In this document: positions 15,232 through 23,629 of the stretch, piece after piece
How the letters are laid out: the number at the start of each line of letters is the position of its first letter
Numbering within the stretch: position 1 is the stretch's first letter
Source: Holophagae bacterium
GTDB taxonomy: Bacteria > Acidobacteriota > Thermoanaerobaculia > Thermoanaerobaculales > Sulfomarinibacteraceae
Reading direction: 5' to 3'
DNA length: 41,663 nt
NCBI GenBank assembly: GCA_030637505.1
Contig: DAOWGJ010000058.1
Span: 1 to 41,663, forward strand
Notes under the pieces: model-generated
Database searches by the model: none
Seen by the model: only the letters and a program-made list of their open reading frames with translations
What the model was told of the DNA's origin: nothing
Translations under genes and position numbers: made by a program

Positions 15232-18200
15232 GCTTCCTGAGGATCATGCCTCGTCGATCGCTATTGGTACTGATATTCCTGGCCATCGCAGTGCGCCTGT
15301 TGACCCAGGCCTGGGATGCGGGAACGCCGCCATCTCCTCACCCCGATGAACGGCAAGTGGTCGCTGTGACCGAAGGATCGAGTGGGTGGTTTTCCGATCC
15401 TCAATTTTTTGCGTACGGCTCGCTGCATTTTCAGGCAGTTCGTGTCATGACTGCCGCCAAAGGGCACGAGATGAAGTGGAGTGGCTTGATCGCCGGAGGG
15501 CGAAGCCTGTCACTGGCGGCTTCAATCGGCGCCCTTATTTTGGGAATGTGGATGGCCTGGAGGGCCTGGGGTCTTCGGACAGCCCTGGTTTTCGGGTGGC
15601 TGGCGGCGTGGATCCCGCTGGATCAACAGCTGTCCCACTTCGCCACGGTCGAGGCCCACCACGCATTCTGGGTGGTGGCGGCGTTGGCGGCGATGTTCCA
15701 GATGGCGCGGTCGCCTCTCCCCCCATCCCCCTCTCAAACACCCTCTCCCCCTCTTGGATTGGGTATCGCCGGTCCGTGGTTGTGGGCTTCGGTCGCAGGA
15801 GCGGCGGTCGGGGCCTCCCTGGCGGTCAAGATCTCGTCGCTGGCCCTGATCCTGCCGCTCGCGCTGGCCATCGCCTGTGCCGTCGCCCGCTCGAAGAGAG
15901 GATCAACGGCCTTCCTGGTCCTCCCGGTGCTGGTGGGAGGGATGGTGGCGTTTGCCCTAGGGCAGCCGTGGGCTTTCGAGGGTGGTCGGCCGTGGTTGTT
16001 TCACTTCAACCCTGAGTTCCTCCGAGGGCTCAACGAGCAGATCGCCATGGTTTCGGGCGCTTCGAATTTGCCGTACGTTCGAGTTTATAAGCCGACGATG
16101 CCGGTGTTCTACTCCTTGCGGGAATTGGGCCTGTGGGCCCTGGGGCCGGCGTTGGCAGCGGCGGCCCTCTGGGGCGTCGTGATCGGCATCAGGGTGTTGA
16201 TACGTCGGTGGCGGAGATTTTTCCAGGGTCGTTTTTCGGACAGTTCGTTGCTCCTGTTGCTTCTGTTGGCATGGGTGATTCCGATGGCGATCAGGCTCAG
16301 TACGCTCGAGGTCAAGTTCCTTCGCTACTGGGCCCCGCTGATCGTTCCCTTGGCCCTGGTGGCGGCGTGGTTCTTGGCCAGGCTCACGGGTGTCCGAGGG
16401 CTGCGCCTCAGAGCAGCGGTCCTCGGATTGACGGCCGTTTGGGGCATCACCTATCTCTGGGCCTTTGTGGAGCCCCATCCCTTCGCGACGGCCGCGCCCT
16501 GGCTCCAGACGGTCGTCGACGACGAGGATGTCGTCGCCTGGGAGCATTGGGACGAACACCTCGGCAGGATCGGGGCCGAGGGCGTGACCCTCGAGAGCTA
16601 CAACCTGCCGGACGACGACGCCAAGGTCGCGGCATGGTGTGCCACCCTGGCCAAGGCAGACTGGGTTGTTCTGACCTCCAACAGGGTGCGGAGGACGGTC
16701 CTGGTCAACCCTGATCGGTATCCGAGAACTTCGAGGCTTTACCGCTTGCTCCTTGCCGGCGAGGCGGGGTTTGAGGTCGCGGCCACAGCCTCGAGAGCGC
16801 CTCGCCTGGCGGGTCTGAGGACGCCGGTCCAACGGGCGGACGAAAGTTTCGTCAACTACGAGTTCCCACGGGTGGTGGTGTTGCGCAGGATTGGGGAGAC
16901 CGACCCCATTCGTCTGGCCCAATTGAGCCTTCAACCCCAGAGTCACCTCGACGGTCTGAATGCTGCAGCCCTCGATCATCGTTTCGTCGAACCGGCGCGC
17001 GACATTCCTTCGAGGCCGACAGCGGCTCGTCAAATTCTTACAGTCGGGCTTTGGCTTGGCTTTTTCGTTCTGGGGGCCGCGGCTTGGTGGCTGTTACTTC
17101 TGCCGTGGCTGCGTGCCTGGCCGGACGCCGGGTTGGGGTTGGCCGTCACGACGGGATGGATCGTCCCGGCGTGGCTTGCGTGGTTTGGTTCTGAGGTCTT
17201 CAGCTTGTCCGTAGGGCCGGCTTCGGCAACCCTGATCACCGGCGCAGTGATTCTTGCCGCCGTGGCTGTGTCGGCCCGGCGCTGGGCCGAGGTGCGGCGC
17301 ATCGTCACCTCCAGAAACCAGGGTATGAGAGTCGTTGCTGCGGTCTTTGTCGGTTTTTTCACCTTTTTCCTGGTGGTGCGGCTCTTCAATCCGGCGATTC
17401 ACTGGGGCGAAAAGCCGATGGATTTTTCATTTTTCAACACTTTCGTCGGCGCCTCACAGTGGCCTCCAGGGGAGCCCTGGATGGCGGGGGAAGAGCTGCA
17501 TTATTACTATTTCGCAGACGTCTTGGCGGCTTTCCCAACGTTGGTTGTCGGTGCGGACTCCGCCGTTGCCTACAATCTGATGTGCGCGACCATACCGGCC
17601 CTGGCCGCGGCGCCCCTGGCGGCCTTCGGACTGATGGTGGCCCGGAGACGACGGCGACGTTGGTTTTTCCTGATGCCCTTCAGCGTTTTGTTGGTCGGTA
17701 ATCTCGCCTGGCCGTGGTTGCTGAATCTGGCGCGGGCCGGACGGTGGTTTGACCTGTGGTGGGCCACTTCGAGGGTCGTGCCGGGGTACGCCATCACCGA
17801 ATATCCGCTCTGGACGGCGCTCTTTGCCGACCTGCACGCACACTTCGTCGCCTTGCCGGTGATCATCGTCGCCGGCCTGTGGGCCTGGGTCGTCGTCCAG
17901 GTTTCCGACCGCCGTTGGGTTGGAGCGGCCCTTTTGTGTGGCCTGGTTGCGGCGGTATTGGCGGCGACCAACCCCTGGGATCTCCCGGTCTTTGCCCTGT
18001 CGCTGTTGCTTGCCGTAGTGGCCGTTGCCCCGAGGCCTGTCGAAGCCCTGGCTCGCTTGGGAGCGGCGGCGGCGTTCAGTGCCGTCGCGGCGGTACCCTT
18101 CCTGGTGGAATTGATGACCTGGCTCGGAGGCAGCGGAGGGGCTGGGGGGCGCCCCCTGGTGTTCGTGACGCCGGGGGACTTTGCGCCTTGGTGGGCGGTC

Positions 18201-19106
18201 CTCCGTCATTTTGGACTCTTCCTGGCGCCCCTGGCTGCAGCGGCGGTCATCCGGCCCCGGAAGGACCTGGCGATCACCGGAGCTCTCATGGCGGCGGGCG
18301 TGGCTCTCGGGCTGGCCTTTGGGTCGTCCGCTGCTGCAGTGGCCCTGGCGGCTGCGGCACTGTTTTTGACGATGGTGCGGTGGGCGCCTGACCGATGGCA
18401 GGCGACCGCATGGTCGCTCGCCGGTGCCGCGATGGTCCTCGTGGCCTTGGCCGAGCGATTGACCCTGATGGACCGCATGAACACGATTTTCAAGACCTAC
18501 AACGGCGCCTGGTTGCTGTTGGCGGTGGCGTTGGTGATTGTGCTCCTGCGGGCCCGAGGCCGAATGCTGCTCATGGCCTTGCCCGTATTCCTCGTGTTGG
18601 CGCCGGTCGCATTGGTCAATCTGCCGCTCGGGATCGCCCAGGGTTGGCTTCAGCCGCGAAAGGCGTCGCCGCGTCCGACCCTGGACGGAAGAGCCTTTCT
18701 CCGAAGTGATCCGGAGGATGCCTTTCTGATAAAAGCGCTCAACGGTGCCGCGCGCCCTGGTGAGGTGGTCGCAGAGGCTGCCGGGCCCAGCTACCGGCAG
18801 TTCACCAGGATCGCCATGCACACCGGGCTGCCGACCGTCGTCGGCTGGGAATGGCACTTGCGGCAGCGGGGTCAGAGTCTGAGGGCGATAGAGGACAGGG
18901 TCCATGATCTGGAGACAATCTACGCCGGGGCGGATGACGGGGAGAGGCGGAGGGCCCTGGATCGTTATGGTGTCGATTGGATTGTGCTCGGCGATCTTGA
19001 GCGAGAAACCTACGGTTTGGATGCAGTCGACCCGTTTGAGGGAATGGCCGGGGTTGTTCTCTGGGCTGATCAGGGATCGACGGTCCTCTATCGGGTAGTG
19101 CGGTAG
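15228..19106 (+). CDS. Large polytopic GT-C-fold membrane protein: GT39/ArnT-like N-terminal half fused to a complete DUF2298 (YYY-motif) half
   Basis: About 1292 aa with more than 20 hydrophobic segments. HPDERQV lies in the first loop (the GT-C DE motif). The second half starts near aa 640 and carries FNPAIHWGEKPMDFSFFNTFVGASQWPPGEPWMAGEELHYYYF, the DUF2298/Chlor_Arch_YYY signature as I remember it. The ATG at 15228 overlaps the ispA TGA. Confidence 0.75.
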   Translation: MSFLRIMPRRSLLVLIFLAIAVRLLTQAWDAGTPPSPHPDERQVVAVTEGSSGWFSDPQFFAYGSLHFQAVRVMTAAKGHEMKWSGLIAGGRSLSLAASIGALILGMWMAWRAWGLRTALVFGWLAAWIPLDQQLSHFATVEAHHAFWVVAALAAMFQMARSPLPPSPSQTPSPPLGLGIAGPWLWASVAGAAVGASLAVKISSLALILPLALAIACAVARSKRGSTAFLVLPVLVGGMVAFALGQPWAFEGGRPWLFHFNPEFLRGLNEQIAMVSGASNLPYVRVYKPTMPVFYSLRELGLWALGPALAAAALWGVVIGIRVLIRRWRRFFQGRFSDSSLLLLLLLAWVIPMAIRLSTLEVKFLRYWAPLIVPLALVAAWFLARLTGVRGLRLRAAVLGLTAVWGITYLWAFVEPHPFATAAPWLQTVVDDEDVVAWEHWDEHLGRIGAEGVTLESYNLPDDDAKVAAWCATLAKADWVVLTSNRVRRTVLVNPDRYPRTSRLYRLLLAGEAGFEVAATASRAPRLAGLRTPVQRADESFVNYEFPRVVVLRRIGETDPIRLAQLSLQPQSHLDGLNAAALDHRFVEPARDIPSRPTAARQILTVGLWLGFFVLGAAAWWLLLLPWLRAWPDAGLGLAVTTGWIVPAWLAWFGSEVFSLSVGPASATLITGAVILAAVAVSARRWAEVRRIVTSRNQGMRVVAAVFVGFFTFFLVVRLFNPAIHWGEKPMDFSFFNTFVGASQWPPGEPWMAGEELHYYYFADVLAAFPTLVVGADSAVAYNLMCATIPALAAAPLAAFGLMVARRRRRRWFFLMPFSVLLVGNLAWPWLLNLARAGRWFDLWWATSRVVPGYAITEYPLWTALFADLHAHFVALPVIIVAGLWAWVVVQVSDRRWVGAALLCGLVAAVLAATNPWDLPVFALSLLLAVVAVAPRPVEALARLGAAAAFSAVAAVPFLVELMTWLGGSGGAGGRPLVFVTPGDFAPWWAVLRHFGLFLAPLAAAAVIRPRKDLAITGALMAAGVALGLAFGSSAAAVALAAAALFLTMVRWAPDRWQATAWSLAGAAMVLVALAERLTLMDRMNTIFKTYNGAWLLLAVALVIVLLRARGRMLLMALPVFLVLAPVALVNLPLGIAQGWLQPRKASPRPTLDGRAFLRSDPEDAFLIKALNGAARPGEVVAEAAGPSYRQFTRIAMHTGLPTVVGWEWHLRQRGQSLRAIEDRVHDLETIYAGADDGERRRALDRYGVDWIVLGDLERETYGLDAVDPFEGMAGVVLWADQGSTVLYRVVR

Positions 19107-19228
19107 GAGCTTTCAGGACGCCTTGAAAGAACCCGTGCGCTGTTTCCGGCGAGGTGGGCCGTTGATCAGTCTTGAGTTTTCGGTTAACCTCAGGGGAACA
19201 ACCCGCCGGTATTGGAAAAGGAGCCTCC

Positions 19229-21019
19229 ATGGAGATCAAAGACTTCCGAAACGTCTACCACATGTTGAGCGAAACGGTTGATCGGTGGGGTGATCAGGAT
19301 GCCTATCGATGGATTCTCGACTCCAAAGAGACAGAGTCGGTGACCTGGGAAGAGTTTCGCGATCAGGCGCGACGGGTCGGCAAGAGCCTGATGGCGCTCG
19401 GACTCGAAAAGGGTGACAAGGCCAACATCCTGAGCTACACCCGTTATCGCTGGGTCTTGACCGATGTCGGATGTGCTTCGATCGGTTCCTGTGCCGTTGG
19501 CATTTACCAGTCGCTCCTGGGCGAGGATGTCAAGTACATCATCAATCACTCGGAGGCCGTCCTGGTCTTTGCCGAGGATGAGGCTCAGTTGGAGAAACTG
19601 CTGGAGATCCGGGAAGAGATCCCGGCTGTTCGTAAAGTCATCCTATTCTCCGGAGAGGCGCCGAATAACGACTGGGTCATGACCTATGACGAGTTCCTCG
19701 AGCTGGGAGTCGATATCTCCAACGAGGCGTTGGAGGCAAGAATCGACGCGGTTGGCCCTGAAGATGTTGCCACGATCGTCTACACCTCGGGCACGACCGG
19801 GATCCCCAAGGGCGCCGTTTTGACTCACGACAATCTCACCTTTACGCCGCAGTCGGTCTATGGATCGACCCAGATTCTGGAGGGTGATGAAACGTTGCTC
19901 TTTTTGCCGTTGGCCCACATCTTCGCTCGAACTTTGGTCTTCAGTGCGTTGGTCGGCGGATCAACGACGACCTTCGCCCGAAGCATGGAAACGATCATCG
20001 AGGACTTCCAGATAGTGCGTCCCCACTGGTTTCCCAGCGTGCCGCGGGTCTACGAGAAGGTCTATTCGAAGATTATTTCGGGGGCAGAGGCCAAAGGCGG
20101 CGCAGCCCTGGCGATCTTCAACTGGGCCCGCTCGGTCGGCGATCGGGTCAGTGATTGCAAACTGGCGCATCAGCCCATCCCCTTCTTGCTGGGCCTTCAA
20201 TACGGCTTGGCCACCAAATTGGTTTTCTCAAAGGTCCAGGCGGCCCTCGGCGGCCGGGTTCGGTGGTGCATCAGCGGCGCCGCACCGCTCAATGCCTCGA
20301 TTGCCAAGTTCTTCCACGCCGCGGGGATCTTGATTGTCGAAGGCATCGGCATGACCGAGAACACCTCCTTCACCAACCTCAACCGCCACGACAATTACCG
20401 CTTCGGCTGGGTCGGGCTTCCCGGGCCCGGGATCGAACAGAAGGTTGCCGAGGACGGCGAGGTGCTCTACCGGGGCCGGAACATCATGAGGGAGTACTAC
20501 AAGATGCCGGCCGAGACCGCCGAAACCCTGAGCTCTGATGGCTGGCAGCACACCGGGGACCTTGGGGAAATCGACGAGGAGAATTTCTTGAGGATCACCG
20601 GCCGCAAGAAGGATCTGATCATCACCGCCGGCGGCAAGAATATTGCGCCGTCGGCTATCGAAGGGTTGATTGCGACATCGAAATACATCAACCAGATCTG
20701 TGCCATCGGCGACCGGAAACCGTGCCTGGTGGCGTTGATTACCGTCGATGCCGACAACATCCGGGCCTTTGCCGAGGAACAGGGCATTGAAGGCGGTGAT
20801 CTCGCCCAGCTGATGGCCGACGAGAGAATCATCACCCTGATTGACGGTGAACTCCAGGCAAAGAATGCCGAACTGGCATCATACGAGACGATCAAGGAGT
20901 TTCGCCTGGTCGACGAGTTCACCATCGAAAACGGTCTTCTGACGCCGACCATGAAGGTCAAACGCAACATCGCGATGGAGCGGTACGAAGATCTGATCGA
21001 GGGGATGTACGGAGAATAG
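19229..21019 (+). CDS. Long-chain fatty-acid--CoA ligase (AMP-forming, about 600-aa type)
   Basis: AMP-binding motif VYTSGTTGIPKGAVLTHDN, GWQHTGDLGEID, and C-terminal LTPTMKVKRN. AAAAGGAG lies upstream of the ATG at 19229. Confidence 0.88.
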   Translation: MEIKDFRNVYHMLSETVDRWGDQDAYRWILDSKETESVTWEEFRDQARRVGKSLMALGLEKGDKANILSYTRYRWVLTDVGCASIGSCAVGIYQSLLGEDVKYIINHSEAVLVFAEDEAQLEKLLEIREEIPAVRKVILFSGEAPNNDWVMTYDEFLELGVDISNEALEARIDAVGPEDVATIVYTSGTTGIPKGAVLTHDNLTFTPQSVYGSTQILEGDETLLFLPLAHIFARTLVFSALVGGSTTTFARSMETIIEDFQIVRPHWFPSVPRVYEKVYSKIISGAEAKGGAALAIFNWARSVGDRVSDCKLAHQPIPFLLGLQYGLATKLVFSKVQAALGGRVRWCISGAAPLNASIAKFFHAAGILIVEGIGMTENTSFTNLNRHDNYRFGWVGLPGPGIEQKVAEDGEVLYRGRNIMREYYKMPAETAETLSSDGWQHTGDLGEIDEENFLRITGRKKDLIITAGGKNIAPSAIEGLIATSKYINQICAIGDRKPCLVALITVDADNIRAFAEEQGIEGGDLAQLMADERIITLIDGELQAKNAELASYETIKEFRLVDEFTIENGLLTPTMKVKRNIAMERYEDLIEGMYGE

Positions 21020-21046
21020 CTCACAGCTCTCAGCTGTCAGCTGTCA
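21019..21046. repeat. Heptamer tandem array (4 units) directly after the acyl-CoA ligase stop
   Basis: gctcaca gctctca gctgtca gctgtca, read directly from the sequence. Confidence 0.85.
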
Positions 21047-21246
21047 GAACGCGCATCGTTGTGATCGACCTGACTGCTCAAACGGGAGACTCAGGAGTCC
21101 TTGGCCTCAACAGTGTTCTTCGAAATGACACCGGAGGTTCGTAACATTCCTGTTGTGTTCGATGGACCCAACTCTCTCCAGTTTGGTTACACTGGGAGAC
21201 GACGCTGATCTCGAGCAGATTTCAGCCACAGGGAGGGATTGTCGGC

Positions 21247-23619
21247 GTGATCCAGGGAGACAGCTCGAACGGGACTTCGGTTGGTGCGTCCTGTTTGTAT
21301 TCACGGCTTCCGGTCCGGATTCGGCCGGAGTGGACGAATGTCCTCCTCGGTGGTGATCACCGTTTAACGGTGCGATTGATCGGCGAGCAGATCCTTTATA
21401 CCCGACCGACCGGGTTTGTCCGCGAGGCATCAAATCGGGCGATCACCGACCAGATTGAAGAGTTGGTCAGAACTAACGTGCCCGCCAACCTTCCGTTCGT
21501 CTGGATCTCGGACTACTCAGGGTTGTCTGGGACTACAGTGGCGGCCCGCAAACTCTTTGCTTCGACGATCTCTGGGTGGCCGCGACTTCGGGGCCTGATT
21601 CTCTTCGGGTTGAGTCCCTTCTTCTCCGCGACGGTTCGGCTGGGAATCAGGCTCAAGGTTGTGACCTTTCCAGTTCACATCGTTGGGTTCTATCAAGAGG
21701 CGATCGAGGTGGCGATGTCCATCCTCCGGTCCTTGCCGGCCGACGAACGGCCTTTGCCGATCCCATCGACGGTCCTGACGGACCCCGGATGGGAATTGGA
21801 ACTGGACGGCTATTCGATCAGGTTCGAGGTTCTCAACTCATCGGTCGTGCATTCTGTACAGGAGGGACGGATCAGGGAGGAACACCTTGATCCGATCTTC
21901 GAGTTGCGCGACACGGTCATTCGGGAATCCGGCCTCAAGGGCAAGCCGTTTTCCATCCTTGCCGGGTTGGGAAACGTCGAGAAATCCAGCCACGCGGGGC
22001 GGCTTGGGTACGTTCGCCGCATGACGCGGTGGTACCACGAGAACCCGTTTGACGTCGAGGTCTTCTATGGATTGAATCCTCTGATGAAGACGGTGATCAA
22101 GGTTTCGGCAGCCCTGGCCCCGTTCAAGGTTCACGTGGCAAAGACCTTCGAGGAGGGACTGGATTACATCGAAGGCCTCGTCTCAGCCGACACGGGCAGA
22201 GGCTCCATTGCCCTTCCAGGGCAGCAGGCAACGACGCAGCCGGATATGGGAGTGCCACCAGAGAAAATCAATGAACTCCTGAAAGTGCTCGGGGCCATTA
22301 CCTGGGGCACGGGTGACGACATCAACTTTGACGATGTCGACCCCTGCGATCCGCTGGCGCCTGTGTACGAGGCCATCAATCTTGTCAAGACCGAGATCGA
22401 CGAACTTCTCGCTCAACAGGAACGAGACGCCATCGAGCGCCACAGGCTCCAGGAGCGATTGGCGAGGTCGGAGAAGATGGAAGCAGTTGGTCTGTTTGCG
22501 GGCGGGGTGGCCCACGACCTCAACAACATTCTGTCCGGCATCGTCAGCTACCCTGAACTGCTGCTGATGGACGAGACCTTGAGTCCCAAAACGCGCCGAG
22601 CGATCGAAACCATCAAGAAGAGTGGTGATCAAGCGGCGGCAGTCGTCAAGGACCTGATGGCGGTTTCTCGGGGCGTCGCCACCAAGACTCAGCCGGTCTC
22701 TCTCAGCGTTGTCGTCAGGGAGTATCTGAGTTCTCCTGATTTTTTTGCAATGTCGTCGAATCACCCAAATGTCGCAATCGACGCGGCCCTGAATGAGAGA
22801 CCTCATTTGGTTTCCGGTTCACCGGTGCATCTTCGGCAGGTCGTCGCGAATTTGGTAACCAACGCCTTCGAGAGTTTCGGGCAGGAGACGACCGGGGGGC
22901 GAGTCGATATCGAGTCCTTCCTGCGGCAAGGGCATGCTGGGCAGCCCGCAGGTCCAGATGGGGCGCCGGATGGGGACTGTGTGGTCTTGAGGGTAGTGGA
23001 CAACGGTCCGGGAATCGACCCAGAGCACCGGAATCGGATCTTCGAACCCTTCTTCACCAAGAAGATCGTGGGCAGGACCGGGACCGGCCTGGGCCTGACC
23101 GTTGTCTGGACCACCGTCCAGAACCATGACGGGTTCATCGACGTGGTCTCAGGCGAGCAGGGAACGTCATTTGACCTTTATTTTCCCGTCACGACCGACC
23201 CTCCTCTCGAGAGAAATGGAAGTGTGTCTCTGGAGGAGCTTCGCGGTACTGGGCAGCGGATCCTGATAGTGGATGATGTTGCGGTACAGAGGGAGATAGC
23301 CTGGGCGTTGCTGGCGCGGCTGGGCTATGAGGTTGCTTCGGTTTCCAGCGGAGAAGAGGCCATCGAGAGGCTCCGGCACGAGGCGTTTGATGTCCTCCTT
23401 CTGGATATGTTGATGGAGCCCGGAATCAACGGTCGAGAGACCTACCAGACGATTCTGGGGTTCCGTCCGGGCCAGAAGGCAGTTATTGCCAGCGGCTTTT
23501 CCCAGGATGAAGAAGTCCGGAAGGCTCGATCCCTTGGTGACTGTGCATTTATCGCCAAACCGTATTCGTTGGAGGAGATCGGAGTTGCTCTTCGGGATGT
23601 GTTGGAAGTTGAAGTGTGA
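21247..23619 (+). CDS. Cytoplasmic hybrid sensor histidine kinase: two tandem STAS-like N-terminal modules, HisKA, HATPase and a receiver
   Basis: H-box FAGGVAHDLNNILSGI. HATPase VVDNGPGIDPEHRNRIFEPFFTKK..GTGLGLTVV. Receiver RILIVDDVAVQRE...FDVLLLDMLMEPGINGRE. No TM segment. Internal duplication of about 150 aa (..PFVWISDYSGL..LILFGLSP..FPVHIV.. versus ..PFSILAGLGNV..VFYGLNP..FKVHVA..). GTG start with GGGAGGG 9 nt upstream. Confidence 0.85.
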   Translation: MIQGDSSNGTSVGASCLYSRLPVRIRPEWTNVLLGGDHRLTVRLIGEQILYTRPTGFVREASNRAITDQIEELVRTNVPANLPFVWISDYSGLSGTTVAARKLFASTISGWPRLRGLILFGLSPFFSATVRLGIRLKVVTFPVHIVGFYQEAIEVAMSILRSLPADERPLPIPSTVLTDPGWELELDGYSIRFEVLNSSVVHSVQEGRIREEHLDPIFELRDTVIRESGLKGKPFSILAGLGNVEKSSHAGRLGYVRRMTRWYHENPFDVEVFYGLNPLMKTVIKVSAALAPFKVHVAKTFEEGLDYIEGLVSADTGRGSIALPGQQATTQPDMGVPPEKINELLKVLGAITWGTGDDINFDDVDPCDPLAPVYEAINLVKTEIDELLAQQERDAIERHRLQERLARSEKMEAVGLFAGGVAHDLNNILSGIVSYPELLLMDETLSPKTRRAIETIKKSGDQAAAVVKDLMAVSRGVATKTQPVSLSVVVREYLSSPDFFAMSSNHPNVAIDAALNERPHLVSGSPVHLRQVVANLVTNAFESFGQETTGGRVDIESFLRQGHAGQPAGPDGAPDGDCVVLRVVDNGPGIDPEHRNRIFEPFFTKKIVGRTGTGLGLTVVWTTVQNHDGFIDVVSGEQGTSFDLYFPVTTDPPLERNGSVSLEELRGTGQRILIVDDVAVQREIAWALLARLGYEVASVSSGEEAIERLRHEAFDVLLLDMLMEPGINGRETYQTILGFRPGQKAVIASGFSQDEEVRKARSLGDCAFIAKPYSLEEIGVALRDVLEVEV

Positions 23620-23629
23620 AGGGTGAAGG

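Noticed and set aside
19107-19228. Imperfect hairpin GCTTTCAGG-ACG-CCTTGAAAG after the GT-C gene, considered as a possible terminator.
   Set aside because: The stem has a bulge and no T-tract follows. It is too weak to call.
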